From Bacteroidales bacterium (GTDB lineage: Bacteria; Bacteroidota; Bacteroidia; Bacteroidales; UBA12077), in assembly GCA_028282585.1 (NCBI GenBank), contig JANQHR010000081.1, positions 1 to 43,817 of the forward strand: 43,817 nt of DNA, in the 5' to 3' direction. The notes under the pieces are model-generated. The model searched no databases, was not told the DNA's origin, and saw only the letters and a program-made list of their open reading frames with translations. Position 1 is the first letter of the stretch; each line of letters begins with the position of its first letter. Positions 28,185 to 38,101 of this stretch are shown here, piece by piece. A program made the translations under genes and the position numbers.

Positions 28185-29690
28185 TTATTGACAATGTAAG
28201 TATTTCATTACCAATTCTCTTAACTCTTCTTCTTTACCAAACAATCTTTCACTTAAATCTTTATCTTTATAAGACTTAAGCTCGTTAGCAACCTGATCAA
28301 GTGTTCCTGCAGGGAAGATACCATTCTTTTCAAAAAAATCACGTTTTTCTATTAACTTATCTGCAGATTCCCAACAAGATTGTGGCAAATATTCAAGCTT
28401 CTCTAATTTATCTTTATGAGCTTCATCAAAAATATTTACATCCATATAAAGCTTTTCAGCCATATCCAATGCATTAGGCATTTCCAATCCATGCTGAGCT
28501 GCAACCACTATACCAGCCATAAATAAATAAATATTTGCAGAACCATCGCCAGATCTTAATTCCACAGTCTGTTTACCGGGAACGTAAGGAATTACACCTG
28601 TTTCTTGAGGATTAGCATTTTTAATCATACTTGTATCTGCTATCCATCCTAATGGAACTCGAACCAAAACAGAACGGTTTCTGTCCCCCCAACAAATATT
28701 TGTTGGTGCCTCCTGATGAGGAACTAATCTTAAATACGAAGTTGGTATAGTATTTCCAAATGCCGTTAACGGAGCAGCCAAATCTAATATTCCCGCCACC
28801 ATTTTTTTAGCTTCAGGACTTAAACCTTCACCTTCAACCATCATATTACAACCATCCTTCTCAATTAGCATATGAACATGTAATCCGCTTCCAGCCTTGC
28901 CAACTGTAATTTTTGGAGCAAAACTGATGTTAACACCATATTGGTCTCCAAGCATTCTTAAAATCCATTTTGCAATTACTAATTGATCAACTGCATCCTG
29001 TGGATCAACTGGTAAGAATTCAATTTCTTGTTGTTCATAAAGCATATCTCCGCTTTCAAAGTTTCCAACTTCCGAGTGTCCGTATTTAATTTGCCCACCA
29101 CACTGCGAAATTAAACTCATTGCCTCTTTACGAATATGACCATTTTTTGTAAACGGTGGAGATTCATGGTATCCTTTTTGATCAACTCCCGGATACATAT
29201 CTTCTTTCTCACTAACTACATAATATTCCAACTCCCCCATCGCCTTAAAATCATATCCGGTAGATTTACGAAATTCTTCAGTTGCTTTTCTTAGGATATG
29301 TTCAGGTGCACTTTCTAAAGGCTCTCCTTCTCTTGTATAGAAGCTACATAAAATGTCTAAAGTTGGATAATCTGAAAATGGATTTACAAAAGCTGTTTTA
29401 AATCTGGGGATAACATATAAATCGCTTGATCCAGCTTCGATGTATGAAAACAAGCTTGATCCGTCAACTCTTTCTCCGGTTGAAAATAAGTCTTCCAAAT
29501 GTTGTTTACTGTTTAATACAAAATTTAACGATTTTAACTTTCCATCTTCTCCAACATAACGGAAGTTAACCATCTCAATTTCGTTTTCTTCAATAAAATA
29601 GATAATATCCTGACGTGTAAATTCAGATGCCGGTTTCTTTAAAAACTGAACCAATGGGTTCGGATTTAATCTAATTTCTAATTCTTTCAT
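28185..29690 (-). CDS. glnA: Glutamine synthetase type I-like protein
   Basis: DGSSL, GELEYY, HSEVG, GSGLHVH, SYLRLVPHQEAP, WGDRNRSVLVRVP and ELRSGD motifs. Confidence 0.88.
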   Translation of the reverse strand: MKELEIRLNPNPLVQFLKKPASEFTRQDIIYFIEENEIEMVNFRYVGEDGKLKSLNFVLNSKQHLEDLFSTGERVDGSSLFSYIEAGSSDLYVIPRFKTAFVNPFSDYPTLDILCSFYTREGEPLESAPEHILRKATEEFRKSTGYDFKAMGELEYYVVSEKEDMYPGVDQKGYHESPPFTKNGHIRKEAMSLISQCGGQIKYGHSEVGNFESGDMLYEQQEIEFLPVDPQDAVDQLVIAKWILRMLGDQYGVNISFAPKITVGKAGSGLHVHMLIEKDGCNMMVEGEGLSPEAKKMVAGILDLAAPLTAFGNTIPTSYLRLVPHQEAPTNICWGDRNRSVLVRVPLGWIADTSMIKNANPQETGVIPYVPGKQTVELRSGDGSANIYLFMAGIVVAAQHGLEMPNALDMAEKLYMDVNIFDEAHKDKLEKLEYLPQSCWESADKLIEKRDFFEKNGIFPAGTLDQVANELKSYKDKDLSERLFGKEEELRELVMKYLHCQ

Positions 29691-29838
29691 GTGCTATTGT
29701 AGTTTTATTATTTTAACCTTAATCTTTCTTATTTAGCAATACTCAAAATCATCCTTTTTATTTCTCCTGCTTGGAATACTTGACTCACTACTTTCAAAAT
29801 CTTTAAAGTTGCATAAAGGTCTGTAGTTTTGTTTCATT

Positions 29839-29896
29839 AAAAAAGGACTACTAAACTAATGAGAAATCTTTAAAAGTCAATAGCTTGTAGCCCCTT
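29839..29896 (-). terminator. Long-stem intrinsic terminator after valS
   Basis: Minus strand aaggggctac-aagctattga...tcattagttt-a-gtagtcc followed by tttttt. Confidence 0.55.
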
Positions 29897-29953
29897 AAAA
29901 ATATGTTTATTAATATAAAATCTATTAATATCTGATTATCAGCAATGAATTAA

Positions 29954-32605
29954 TCAGGTTAAACTCGCAATTCTTTCTTCCAAAACTTTAATTTTAGCTT
30001 CTGCATCTTCCTTTTTCTTCTTTTCAACGTTTACAACCTTTTCAGGTGCATTGTTCACAAAACGTTCATTGCTAAGTTTCTTCATTACTGAATTCAGAAA
30101 TCCTCTATTATACTCTAATTCTTCTTTTAGTTTCTTTAATTCTTCTTCAACATCAACTAAATCTCCTAACTCAATATAGAACTCCGCGGATTTGACCATA
30201 AAAGTAACAGCACCTTCAATTTTAGTATCTATAGTTCGAATATCAGATAAATTAGCCATTTTAATGATAATGGAATCGTACTTTCTTTCGTAATCACCTT
30301 TTATTTTTAATGATAGAGTTTCTTTTTGAGCTATATTATTTTCATTTCGGATATTTCTCACACCAGAAATAATTTCTTTAACAGATTCAAATGCATTAAT
30401 TATTTCATCATTATAAGGCTCTGATTCTGGCATTTTTTCAATCATTAAACTCTCTCCATCCTTTCGGTTTTCCATTAATTGCCATAATTCTTCTGTAATA
30501 AATGGCATAAAAGGATGTAAAAGTTTTACCATAATATCAAAAAAGGATAAAGTTTCTTCGTATGATGCCTGATCAATTGGTTTTTGATAAGCCGGCTTAA
30601 CAAGCTCAAGATACCAGGATGAAAACTCATCCCAGAATAATTTGTAAACCGCCATTAGCGCGTCCGAAAGTCTGAACTTTTCATATAAATCATTTATGGA
30701 TTCAATTTCACTATTTAACCTGTGCTTAAACCATTCAATTGCCTGTTTAGCAGATTCCGGCTGTTCGATTGTTCCATCAACGTGCCAGCTCTTAACCAAA
30801 CGGAATGCATTCCAAATTTTATTTCCGAAATTACGGCCTTGTTCAGAAAGAGGGTAAGTGTTTTCTCCTGTTTTTGAGTTTTCCTTAATATCAAATAATA
30901 AATCACCTCCTGCCGGCGAACATAGTAACATTCCCACTCTAACTCCATCAGCTCCATAGTTTTTTATTAATTCAAGAGGGTCCGGTGAATTTCCAAGAGA
31001 TTTAGACATTTTTCTTCCCAAACCGTCTCTCACAATGCCTGTTAGGTAAACATTCCTGAAAGGTTTCTCTTCTTTATATTCGTATCCGGCAATAATCATT
31101 CTTGCCACCCAGAAAAACAATATCTCCGGAGCAGTAACCAAATCATTGGTAGGATAATAATAATTGTAATCTTTATTATCAGGATTGTTTATTCCATCAA
31201 ATACAGAAATAGGCCACAACCAAGATGAAAACCATGTATCTAATACATCTTCATCCTGTCTTAAATCAGCTATAGTAATATTTTGATTTCCTGATTTTTC
31301 CTTTGCCAGCAGAATTGCTTCTTCTTCTGTTTCTGCAACAACATAACCACCTTCCGGTAAATAGTATGCAGGAATTCGATGCCCCCACCATAGCTGACGA
31401 GAAACACACCAATCCTTTACATTCTCCATCCAGTGTTTGTAAGTATTCTTAAACTTTGAAGGATGAAACTGAACATTATCATTCATTACATTTTCTAATG
31501 CCGGCTTTGTTAAATCTTCCATTTTCAAGAACCATTGCATTGAAAGTTTAGGTTCAATTACCGCATCTGTCCTCTCGGAATACCCAACTTTATTTATATA
31601 ATCTTCGATCTTAACAATATGTCCAGCTCCTTCAAGATCCTTAACAATTAACTTTCGAGCTTTAAAACGATCTTCACCAATATATAATTGAGCACTTTCA
31701 TTCAAAGTTCCGTCATCGTTAAAAATATCTATTGACTCAAGATTATGTTTATCTCCTATTTCATAGTCGTTAATATCATGAGCCGGAGTAATTTTTAAAG
31801 CTCCGGTACCAAATTCTCTATCAACATAATCATCCTGAATAATTGAAACAGGCCTTTTTACTAAAGGGACAATAACTTTCTTCCCATGTAAATGTTTCAA
31901 TCTTTCATCTTCCGGGTGAACACAAACGGCAGTATCACCTAAGATCGTTTCAGGTCTTGTTGTTGCAATTGTAACATACTCTTCTTCTCCTTCAACCTGA
32001 TATCTTACATAATATAATTTTGATTGAACTTCTTTATAATTAACCTCTTCATCAGAAACAGCCGTCATAGCTTGAGGATCCCAATTTACCATTCGAACGC
32101 CTCTGTAAATCAAACCCTTCTTATATAAGTCTACAAAAACTTTAATAACACTTTTAGACATATCTTCGTCCATAGTGAACTTGGTACGTTCCCAATCGCA
32201 AGAAGCACCTAATTTCTTTAACTGTTCAAGAATAATACCACCATGCTTTTCTTTCCATTCCCACGCGTGTTCTAAAAATTCTTCTCTGGCAAGTTTGTTT
32301 TTATCAATTCCTTCATCCCTTAATTTAGCTACAACTTTTGCCTCTGTTGCAATAGATGCATGGTCAGTTCCAGGAACCCAACATGCATTTTTTCCCTGCA
32401 TTCTGGCACGGCGGACCAATACATCTTGAATTGTATTATTCAACATATGCCCCATATGTAAAACACCAGTGACATTTGGAGGAGGAATTACAATTGTATA
32501 TGGTTCGCGATTATCCGGTTCCGAATGAAAAAAACCATTATCCATCCAGTATTTATACCATTTATCCTCAGTTAATGACGGATCGTACTTTGCAGGAATT
32601 TCCAT
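29954..32605 (-). CDS. valS: Valine--tRNA ligase
   Basis: [31 protein letters not shown] and KMSKSLGN motifs; C-terminal coiled coil. Confidence 0.99.
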   Translation of the reverse strand: MEIPAKYDPSLTEDKWYKYWMDNGFFHSEPDNREPYTIVIPPPNVTGVLHMGHMLNNTIQDVLVRRARMQGKNACWVPGTDHASIATEAKVVAKLRDEGIDKNKLAREEFLEHAWEWKEKHGGIILEQLKKLGASCDWERTKFTMDEDMSKSVIKVFVDLYKKGLIYRGVRMVNWDPQAMTAVSDEEVNYKEVQSKLYYVRYQVEGEEEYVTIATTRPETILGDTAVCVHPEDERLKHLHGKKVIVPLVKRPVSIIQDDYVDREFGTGALKITPAHDINDYEIGDKHNLESIDIFNDDGTLNESAQLYIGEDRFKARKLIVKDLEGAGHIVKIEDYINKVGYSERTDAVIEPKLSMQWFLKMEDLTKPALENVMNDNVQFHPSKFKNTYKHWMENVKDWCVSRQLWWGHRIPAYYLPEGGYVVAETEEEAILLAKEKSGNQNITIADLRQDEDVLDTWFSSWLWPISVFDGINNPDNKDYNYYYPTNDLVTAPEILFFWVARMIIAGYEYKEEKPFRNVYLTGIVRDGLGRKMSKSLGNSPDPLELIKNYGADGVRVGMLLCSPAGGDLLFDIKENSKTGENTYPLSEQGRNFGNKIWNAFRLVKSWHVDGTIEQPESAKQAIEWFKHRLNSEIESINDLYEKFRLSDALMAVYKLFWDEFSSWYLELVKPAYQKPIDQASYEETLSFFDIMVKLLHPFMPFITEELWQLMENRKDGESLMIEKMPESEPYNDEIINAFESVKEIISGVRNIRNENNIAQKETLSLKIKGDYERKYDSIIIKMANLSDIRTIDTKIEGAVTFMVKSAEFYIELGDLVDVEEELKKLKEELEYNRGFLNSVMKKLSNERFVNNAPEKVVNVEKKKKEDAEAKIKVLEERIASLT

Positions 32606-32791
32606 TTTTATCTTAATTCTATTTTATTCTACTTCTAGTTAATTTTGAAAAGTTTGTAAAAATATAAATTTATTCCCAAAATCTTTTTTTTATCCTGTAT
32701 AATCATAAGTTAAATCGTATAAATATTTAATAACATATTTAATTTTATGAATAAAAGCTAAATTTGTAATCCAATTAAAAATGGGCGTATT

Positions 32792-33217
32792 ATGAAAAAA
32801 ATAATCTTAAGTTTGATTATTGTTACAGTGTCTGTAATGACGGTCCTTTCTCAAAAAGAAATAAAAACAAATCAAAACACAAAAGATATTCCGGAAATTT
32901 ATTTTGAGAATACTACTCATAATTTTGGAGAAATTAAATATGATGGTAACGGAACATGCGAGTTTACTTTTAAGAATACAGGTAAAGAACCTTTACTCTT
33001 AACAAATGTTAAAGCAGCTTGCGGTTGTACAACGCCAACATGGCCAAAAAGCCCAATAAAAAACGGTAAGAAAGGAACCATTGTTGTGAAATACAACACT
33101 AAAATTATAGGTTCGTTTACAAAATCTATTCGAGTTTATTCAAATGCAAAAACTTCACCTGTTACTTTAAAAGTAACAGGAACAGTTACAAAACCTGAAA
33201 CAGCAAGCACAAATTAA
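32792..33217 (+). CDS. DUF1573 Ig-like protein
   Basis: Signal peptide; F.F.NTG.EPL...V.AACGCT.P motif; TAAATTTG promoter motif at 32759-32766. Confidence 0.9.
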   Translation: MKKIILSLIIVTVSVMTVLSQKEIKTNQNTKDIPEIYFENTTHNFGEIKYDGNGTCEFTFKNTGKEPLLLTNVKAACGCTTPTWPKSPIKNGKKGTIVVKYNTKIIGSFTKSIRVYSNAKTSPVTLKVTGTVTKPETASTN

Positions 33218-33243
33218 TTGAAATTTAATTAATAAATATAAAC

Positions 33244-34443
33244 ATGCCACAAATATCGCAAAAAGGACAAATGATGCCAGCTTCACCAATCAGGAAGTTG
33301 GTTCCATATGCTGAAGAAGCAAAAAGAAAGGGACATAAAGTTTATCATCTAAATATTGGGCAACCTGACATACCTACTCCGGAAGTAGCGTTGGATGCAG
33401 TAAAAAATATTACGGAAAAAGTTATTGAATATAGTCATTCGGCAGGAAATGAATCGTATAGAAAAGGTTTAGCAAAATATTACCAGGGAGTTAATATTGA
33501 TGTTGACCACACTGAAATGCTTATAACAACAGGTGGTTCGGAAGCAATAACATTTGCTTTCCTTTCAACTCTAAATCCTGGTGATGAAGTAATTATTCCT
33601 GAGCCATTTTATGCTAACTATAATGGTTTTGCGGTTTCTGCAGGAGTTGTTGTAAAACCAATTACTTCAACAATTGAAAGTGATTTTGCTTTGCCAGCAA
33701 TTGAAGAATTTGAAAAATTAATTACTCCAAAAACAAAAGGTATTGTAATTTGCAATCCTAATAATCCAACAGGATATTTATATTCTGAAGCTGAATTACA
33801 ACAATTAAAGACATTGATTGAAAAATACGATTTGTATTTATTCTCAGATGAAGTTTATCGCGAATTTTGTTATGATGGAAATACTCACTTTTCTGCAATG
33901 CATTTAAAAGGTATTGAGCAAAATGTAATTATGATGGATTCGGTTTCAAAACGTTATAGCATGTGCGGTGTTAGAGTTGGAGCATTGGTAACCAAAAACA
34001 AAGATGTTATCAACGCTGCAATGAAATTTGCACAAGCTCGTTTATGCCCTCCATCATTCGGTCAATGGGCAAGTGAAGCTGCTTTGGAAACAGGCAACGA
34101 ATATTTTAATGAAGTTTACAATGAATACATCGAGAGGAGAAACTTCATGGTTGATGAATTGAATAAAATGGAAGGCGTATATTGCCCAAAACCTAAAGGT
34201 GCTTTTTATACGGTTGTAAAACTTCCGGTAGACGATTCGGATAAATTTGCTCAGTGGATTCTAAGTGAGTTTGACCATAATAAACAAACTGTTATGGTAG
34301 CTCCTGCATCCGGATTTTACGCTACACCTGGCGCCGGTAAAAACGAGGTTCGAATTGCATATGTACTAAACAAAAAAGATTTGGCAAATGCAATGGAAAC
34401 ATTGGAAGCAGCATTAAAAGTTTATCCTGGTAGAACTATCTAA
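33244..34443 (+). CDS. PLP-dependent class I aminotransferase (aspartate aminotransferase-like)
   Basis: NIGQPD, NPNNPTG, SDEVY and SVSKRYSMCGVRVG motifs. Confidence 0.93.
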   Translation: MPQISQKGQMMPASPIRKLVPYAEEAKRKGHKVYHLNIGQPDIPTPEVALDAVKNITEKVIEYSHSAGNESYRKGLAKYYQGVNIDVDHTEMLITTGGSEAITFAFLSTLNPGDEVIIPEPFYANYNGFAVSAGVVVKPITSTIESDFALPAIEEFEKLITPKTKGIVICNPNNPTGYLYSEAELQQLKTLIEKYDLYLFSDEVYREFCYDGNTHFSAMHLKGIEQNVIMMDSVSKRYSMCGVRVGALVTKNKDVINAAMKFAQARLCPPSFGQWASEAALETGNEYFNEVYNEYIERRNFMVDELNKMEGVYCPKPKGAFYTVVKLPVDDSDKFAQWILSEFDHNKQTVMVAPASGFYATPGAGKNEVRIAYVLNKKDLANAMETLEAALKVYPGRTI

Positions 34444-34460
34444 TTTGTAATGATATTAAC

Positions 34461-34491
34461 AAAAAACCGAAGTTAATGCTTCGGTTTTTTT
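34461..34491 (+). terminator. Bidirectional intrinsic terminator
   Basis: aaaaaaccgaag-ttaatg-cttcggttttttt. Confidence 0.85.
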
Positions 34492-34496
34492 ATTCC

Positions 34497-34518
34497 CATC
34501 GGACAGGAATGTCTGATG
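34497..34518 (-). repeat. REP-like hairpin
   Basis: Minus strand catcagaca-ttcc-tgtccgatg. Confidence 0.6.
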
Positions 34519-34592
34519 AATTAACTCAAGGTGAATATTTCATGATATTGAATCACTTATAAAAGGATTAAATTCACTTACTAAAGATTTAA

Positions 34593-34818
34593 TTATCTGT
34601 CAAGTAAAGTGTCGAACTCATAAAAGTACTCATCATAAATTTCAAGTTAATCTAATTTTTAGTATTGAAGAATTTGCAACTACCCTCTTTGCTTTTTTTA
34701 TTTCTTTCTCATAATCATTCTCAAATTGACTATGACATCAATTATTTACATGGAATGTTACAAAGAAAACCCCATCATTTGGTAAAATATGCGGCAAATT
34801 TCTTTTATATTCAATCAT
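34593..34818 (-). pseudogene. Decayed REP-associated tyrosine transposase (RAYT/TnpA-REP), 5' fragment
   Basis: Manual translation: MIEYKRNLPHILPNDGVFFVTFHVNN* then CHSQFENDYEKEIKKAKR..., and after a frameshift LEIYDEYFYEFDTLLDR*. This matches the RRNLPH..FVTF N-terminus of Y1 RAYTs. Confidence 0.65.
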
Positions 34819-34824
34819 ACGTCT

Positions 34825-34846
34825 CAACACACATTCTTATGTGTTG
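34825..34846 (+). repeat. REP-like hairpin
   Basis: caacaca-cattctta-tgtgttg; shares the ACATTCYT core with the 34497 hairpin, in opposite orientation. Confidence 0.55.
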
Positions 34847-34851
34847 CACTT

Positions 34852-36045
34852 TTACTTAAAATCTTTATAAATAAGATATTTTTTTCTTAGCTGTTTAAAC
34901 TTCTTTAAATCAGTATCCCACCCCTGTTTAATCTCCTCTGCAGTTTTCCCTTGCTCAATCTGCTCTCGAAGTATTTTATTTCCGGATATATTATAAAAGA
35001 AAGCATTAAAAAATTCTTCCCTGTTTGAAGTATTATTATAAGCATCAATTATCCAATTCAGGTTAATGCTTTTACTATTAACATACGATTCAATATCAAT
35101 ATTTCTAAGGTCAACCCCCTTACATAAAACATTGCGATATTTAGGATATTTACTTGCTCCATCAATTCTTACAGGGGTAAAAGTAAATTCATCATTTTTA
35201 TAATCAGGGCTTCCATATACCTGAAATGGAAATTCTGTTCCTCGCCCTGCACTAAAACTGGTTCCCTCAAATAATCCCAAAGAAGGATATAAATAAACAG
35301 AAAGCATATTCTGTAAATTAGGAGAAGGATTAACAGGCAGTTGATATAAAGAATCATGCGTATAATTCTCACATGAAATATAACTAAGCATACACTTTAA
35401 TTCATCTTTTAACCAACCTTCTCCATTGATCATTTGCGCATATTCAGCGATGGTCATTCCATGAACAATTGGAACCGGATGCATTCCCACAAAAGACCTT
35501 AAAGAAGTATCCAAAATTGGTCCATCAACATAAAATCCGTTAGGATTAGGCCTGTCAAGAATTAAGAGTTCCACATCCTTTTCAGCACATGCCTCCATAA
35601 CATAATGCATAGTAGAAATATAAGTATAAAATCTTACTCCCACATCCTGTAAATCAAAAACTACAATATCAACACCATCAAGATCTTCAAGCTTTGGTCT
35701 TTTGCTACTTCCATAAAGTGAAATAACCGGCAAACCTGTTTTTTTATCCATATAATTCTTTACGTACTCTCCTGCATCAGCATCGCCCCTAAAACCATGT
35801 TCCGGACTAAAAATCTTTTCAACATTAATACCCAAACTTAAAAGCGAATCAACTAAATGTGATTCATTGATATTTGTTGTATGATTAGCAACAACAGCTA
35901 CCCTCTTATTTTTAAGCAATGGAATATATTTTTCTGTTTGTTCCGCCCCGGTTTCAATCCTAACACTCTTTTTTCCTGAGCTTTGCATAAAACAACTATT
36001 TAGCACAACACTAATTAAAATAAATATGTATTTTCTATTTCTCAT
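34852..36045 (-). CDS. namZ: Exo-beta-N-acetylmuramidase NamZ family (DUF1343) lipoprotein
   Basis: FSPEHGFRG, DLQDVGVRFYTYISTM, LDRPNP, HGMTIAE, PSPNL and GRGT motifs. Confidence 0.88.
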   Translation of the reverse strand: MRNRKYIFILISVVLNSCFMQSSGKKSVRIETGAEQTEKYIPLLKNKRVAVVANHTTNINESHLVDSLLSLGINVEKIFSPEHGFRGDADAGEYVKNYMDKKTGLPVISLYGSSKRPKLEDLDGVDIVVFDLQDVGVRFYTYISTMHYVMEACAEKDVELLILDRPNPNGFYVDGPILDTSLRSFVGMHPVPIVHGMTIAEYAQMINGEGWLKDELKCMLSYISCENYTHDSLYQLPVNPSPNLQNMLSVYLYPSLGLFEGTSFSAGRGTEFPFQVYGSPDYKNDEFTFTPVRIDGASKYPKYRNVLCKGVDLRNIDIESYVNSKSINLNWIIDAYNNTSNREEFFNAFFYNISGNKILREQIEQGKTAEEIKQGWDTDLKKFKQLRKKYLIYKDFK

Positions 36046-36259
36046 GTAAATCAGCTTATTGAAACGCCTAAAATAATAATTTTATTTTCAAACTTGGGTA
36101 GTTCATTTACATTTAATGCATTAAGTAAACAATTTTTCAGATATTTCGCGTTTAATTTTTACTACATTTGTGAGGATTTAAATACTAAATCATAATTTAA
36201 GGACGCCATTTTATAGGTAAGGCATTCTTTTTGAAAGGAAAGATTAAAATTGATAATTA

Positions 36260-37504
36260 GTGAATACAGAACTTTTTATAGCAAAACGTATATACTCTGA
36301 TAAAACAGTAAAAAAGGGAATATCGCAGCCCATTGTTTCAATAGCAGTTTTTGGAATAGCGTTAGGCTTAGCTGTAATGATACTCTCTGTTGCAATTGTT
36401 ACCGGATTTAAATCTGAAATCAGCAATAAAGTAATTGGGTTTGGTTCGCACATTCAAATCGTAAATTACGATGCAAATATTTCTTTTGAAACAACCCCTA
36501 TCAATAAAAATCAACCTTTTTATGTGGATATTGAAAATCTAAAAGGCATAAAATCACTACAAGAATTTGCTATTAAAGCAGGAATCATAAAAACCAAAAC
36601 CGATATACAGGGAATTGTACTTAAGGGTGTTGATAAATCCTTTGATTGGACATTTTTTGATGAAAGCATGATAGAAGGAAATTCTTTCAGAGTAACAGAC
36701 ACATCCAAAACAAATGATATCATTGTTTCTAAGTATTTGGCTAATCTTTTGAATTTAAACGTAGGCGATAGAATTGCAGCTTATTTTATTCAGGATCCTC
36801 CAAGAATGAGGCCATTTAAAATTACCGGAATATATGAAACAAGCCTGGCAGAATTCGATGAAAAATTTGCTTTAGTTGACATCAAACATATTCAGAGATT
36901 AAATAATTGGACCGAAGATCAAATTACCGGCTTTGAAGTTTTAATTGATGATTATTCTGAAATGGATGAAATGACCAGGGACGTTCGCGATATCGTTGGA
37001 TTTCATTTCAATCCGGATGGAACCAAGTTAAGAGTGATAAGTATTAAAGAAAAATACCCTCAAATGTTTGATTGGTTAAATCTAACCGATATGAATGTTT
37101 ATATAATTCTGGCCTTAATAATTGCTGTAGCAGGGTTTAATATGGTCTCGGGACTGTTAATTATAATCCTGGAAAGAACTAATATGATAGGTATATTAAA
37201 GGCTGTAGGTACAAGGAATTGGTCAATCCGAAAAATATTTTTATATCAGTCAGGATTTCTAATTTCAAAAGGATTATTCTGGGGAAACATAATTGGTATT
37301 GCGATATGTATCATGCAATCCCAATTTCAAATTTTTAAATTAGATCCTACCTCTTATTATCTTGATGCAGTTCCAATTAATTTAAAAGTCTGGCATATTT
37401 TAGCCTTAAATTCTGGTACCTTAATAACAACAGTACTAATGCTGGTAGTTCCGTCCTATATCATATCAAAATTAAGCCCTGAAAAAACTATCAGATTTAA
37501 TTAA
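36260..37504 (+). CDS. LolC/E-family lipoprotein-releasing ABC permease
   Basis: FIAKR..IAVFGIALG, ILERTNMIGILKAVG and LDPTSYY motifs; GTG start; TACATTTG promoter motif at 36163-36170. Confidence 0.88.
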   Translation: MNTELFIAKRIYSDKTVKKGISQPIVSIAVFGIALGLAVMILSVAIVTGFKSEISNKVIGFGSHIQIVNYDANISFETTPINKNQPFYVDIENLKGIKSLQEFAIKAGIIKTKTDIQGIVLKGVDKSFDWTFFDESMIEGNSFRVTDTSKTNDIIVSKYLANLLNLNVGDRIAAYFIQDPPRMRPFKITGIYETSLAEFDEKFALVDIKHIQRLNNWTEDQITGFEVLIDDYSEMDEMTRDVRDIVGFHFNPDGTKLRVISIKEKYPQMFDWLNLTDMNVYIILALIIAVAGFNMVSGLLIIILERTNMIGILKAVGTRNWSIRKIFLYQSGFLISKGLFWGNIIGIAICIMQSQFQIFKLDPTSYYLDAVPINLKVWHILALNSGTLITTVLMLVVPSYIISKLSPEKTIRFN

Positions 37505-38101
37505 ATTTTACCAGAAACTAATCTTAAAAGATCAAAACAATATCAAATAAATTTTATAAACTTTCATATAGTTTGCATTTAGAACGAGTATTTATATGTT
37601 TTGTGCGACTATAAATACAATTGAAACAATATAGTTTGCATTATATACATACATTAATATAATAAAAACGATATTTTATACATTATACACGATTTTTAAA
37701 ATAGAAAACACGTATAATAATATACTTAGAACGATCATAAATACATAATTAAAGGCGATAGATACAATTCAAACGATTAATTATTTATAATCCTTTTTTT
37801 TATGGCTACTTACCACTACCTGAAAAACAATTCCATTACATTCATACATTATAGTCGGTCTAAACAAATTTAAATTGCAATTGCCCCAACCTGTAAAATT
37901 CATATCCAAATTTTAATTTGCATTTTGGAATCTTCTTATTAATATCAATTACTCGGTTACAAACATTTTCTACAACATTATTTCCAAACTGTTTCAGATG
38001 TAGATTTCTTATCGTACTTTTTTTTTACTAATTTAACGCTCTTTCAAAGCATATATATGTGCTTTAAAATTCTAATCCTAAAACATACAAGTTATTATAC
38101 T

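Noticed and set aside
34665-34859. 64-aa plus-strand ORF
   Set aside because: It is the antisense shadow of the RAYT remnant and has no recognisable features.
37505-38101. Possible CRISPR array or oriC
   Set aside because: There is no regular repeat-spacer period, no cas genes, and no clear DnaA-box cluster.
1080-38101. Longer ORF-track starts at 818, 1080, 12547, 23018, 23466, 25256 and 38057
   Set aside because: Downstream ATGs give better signal peptides or family N-termini and avoid overlap with neighbours or regulatory motifs. The choice for gatE (38102) is the least certain.
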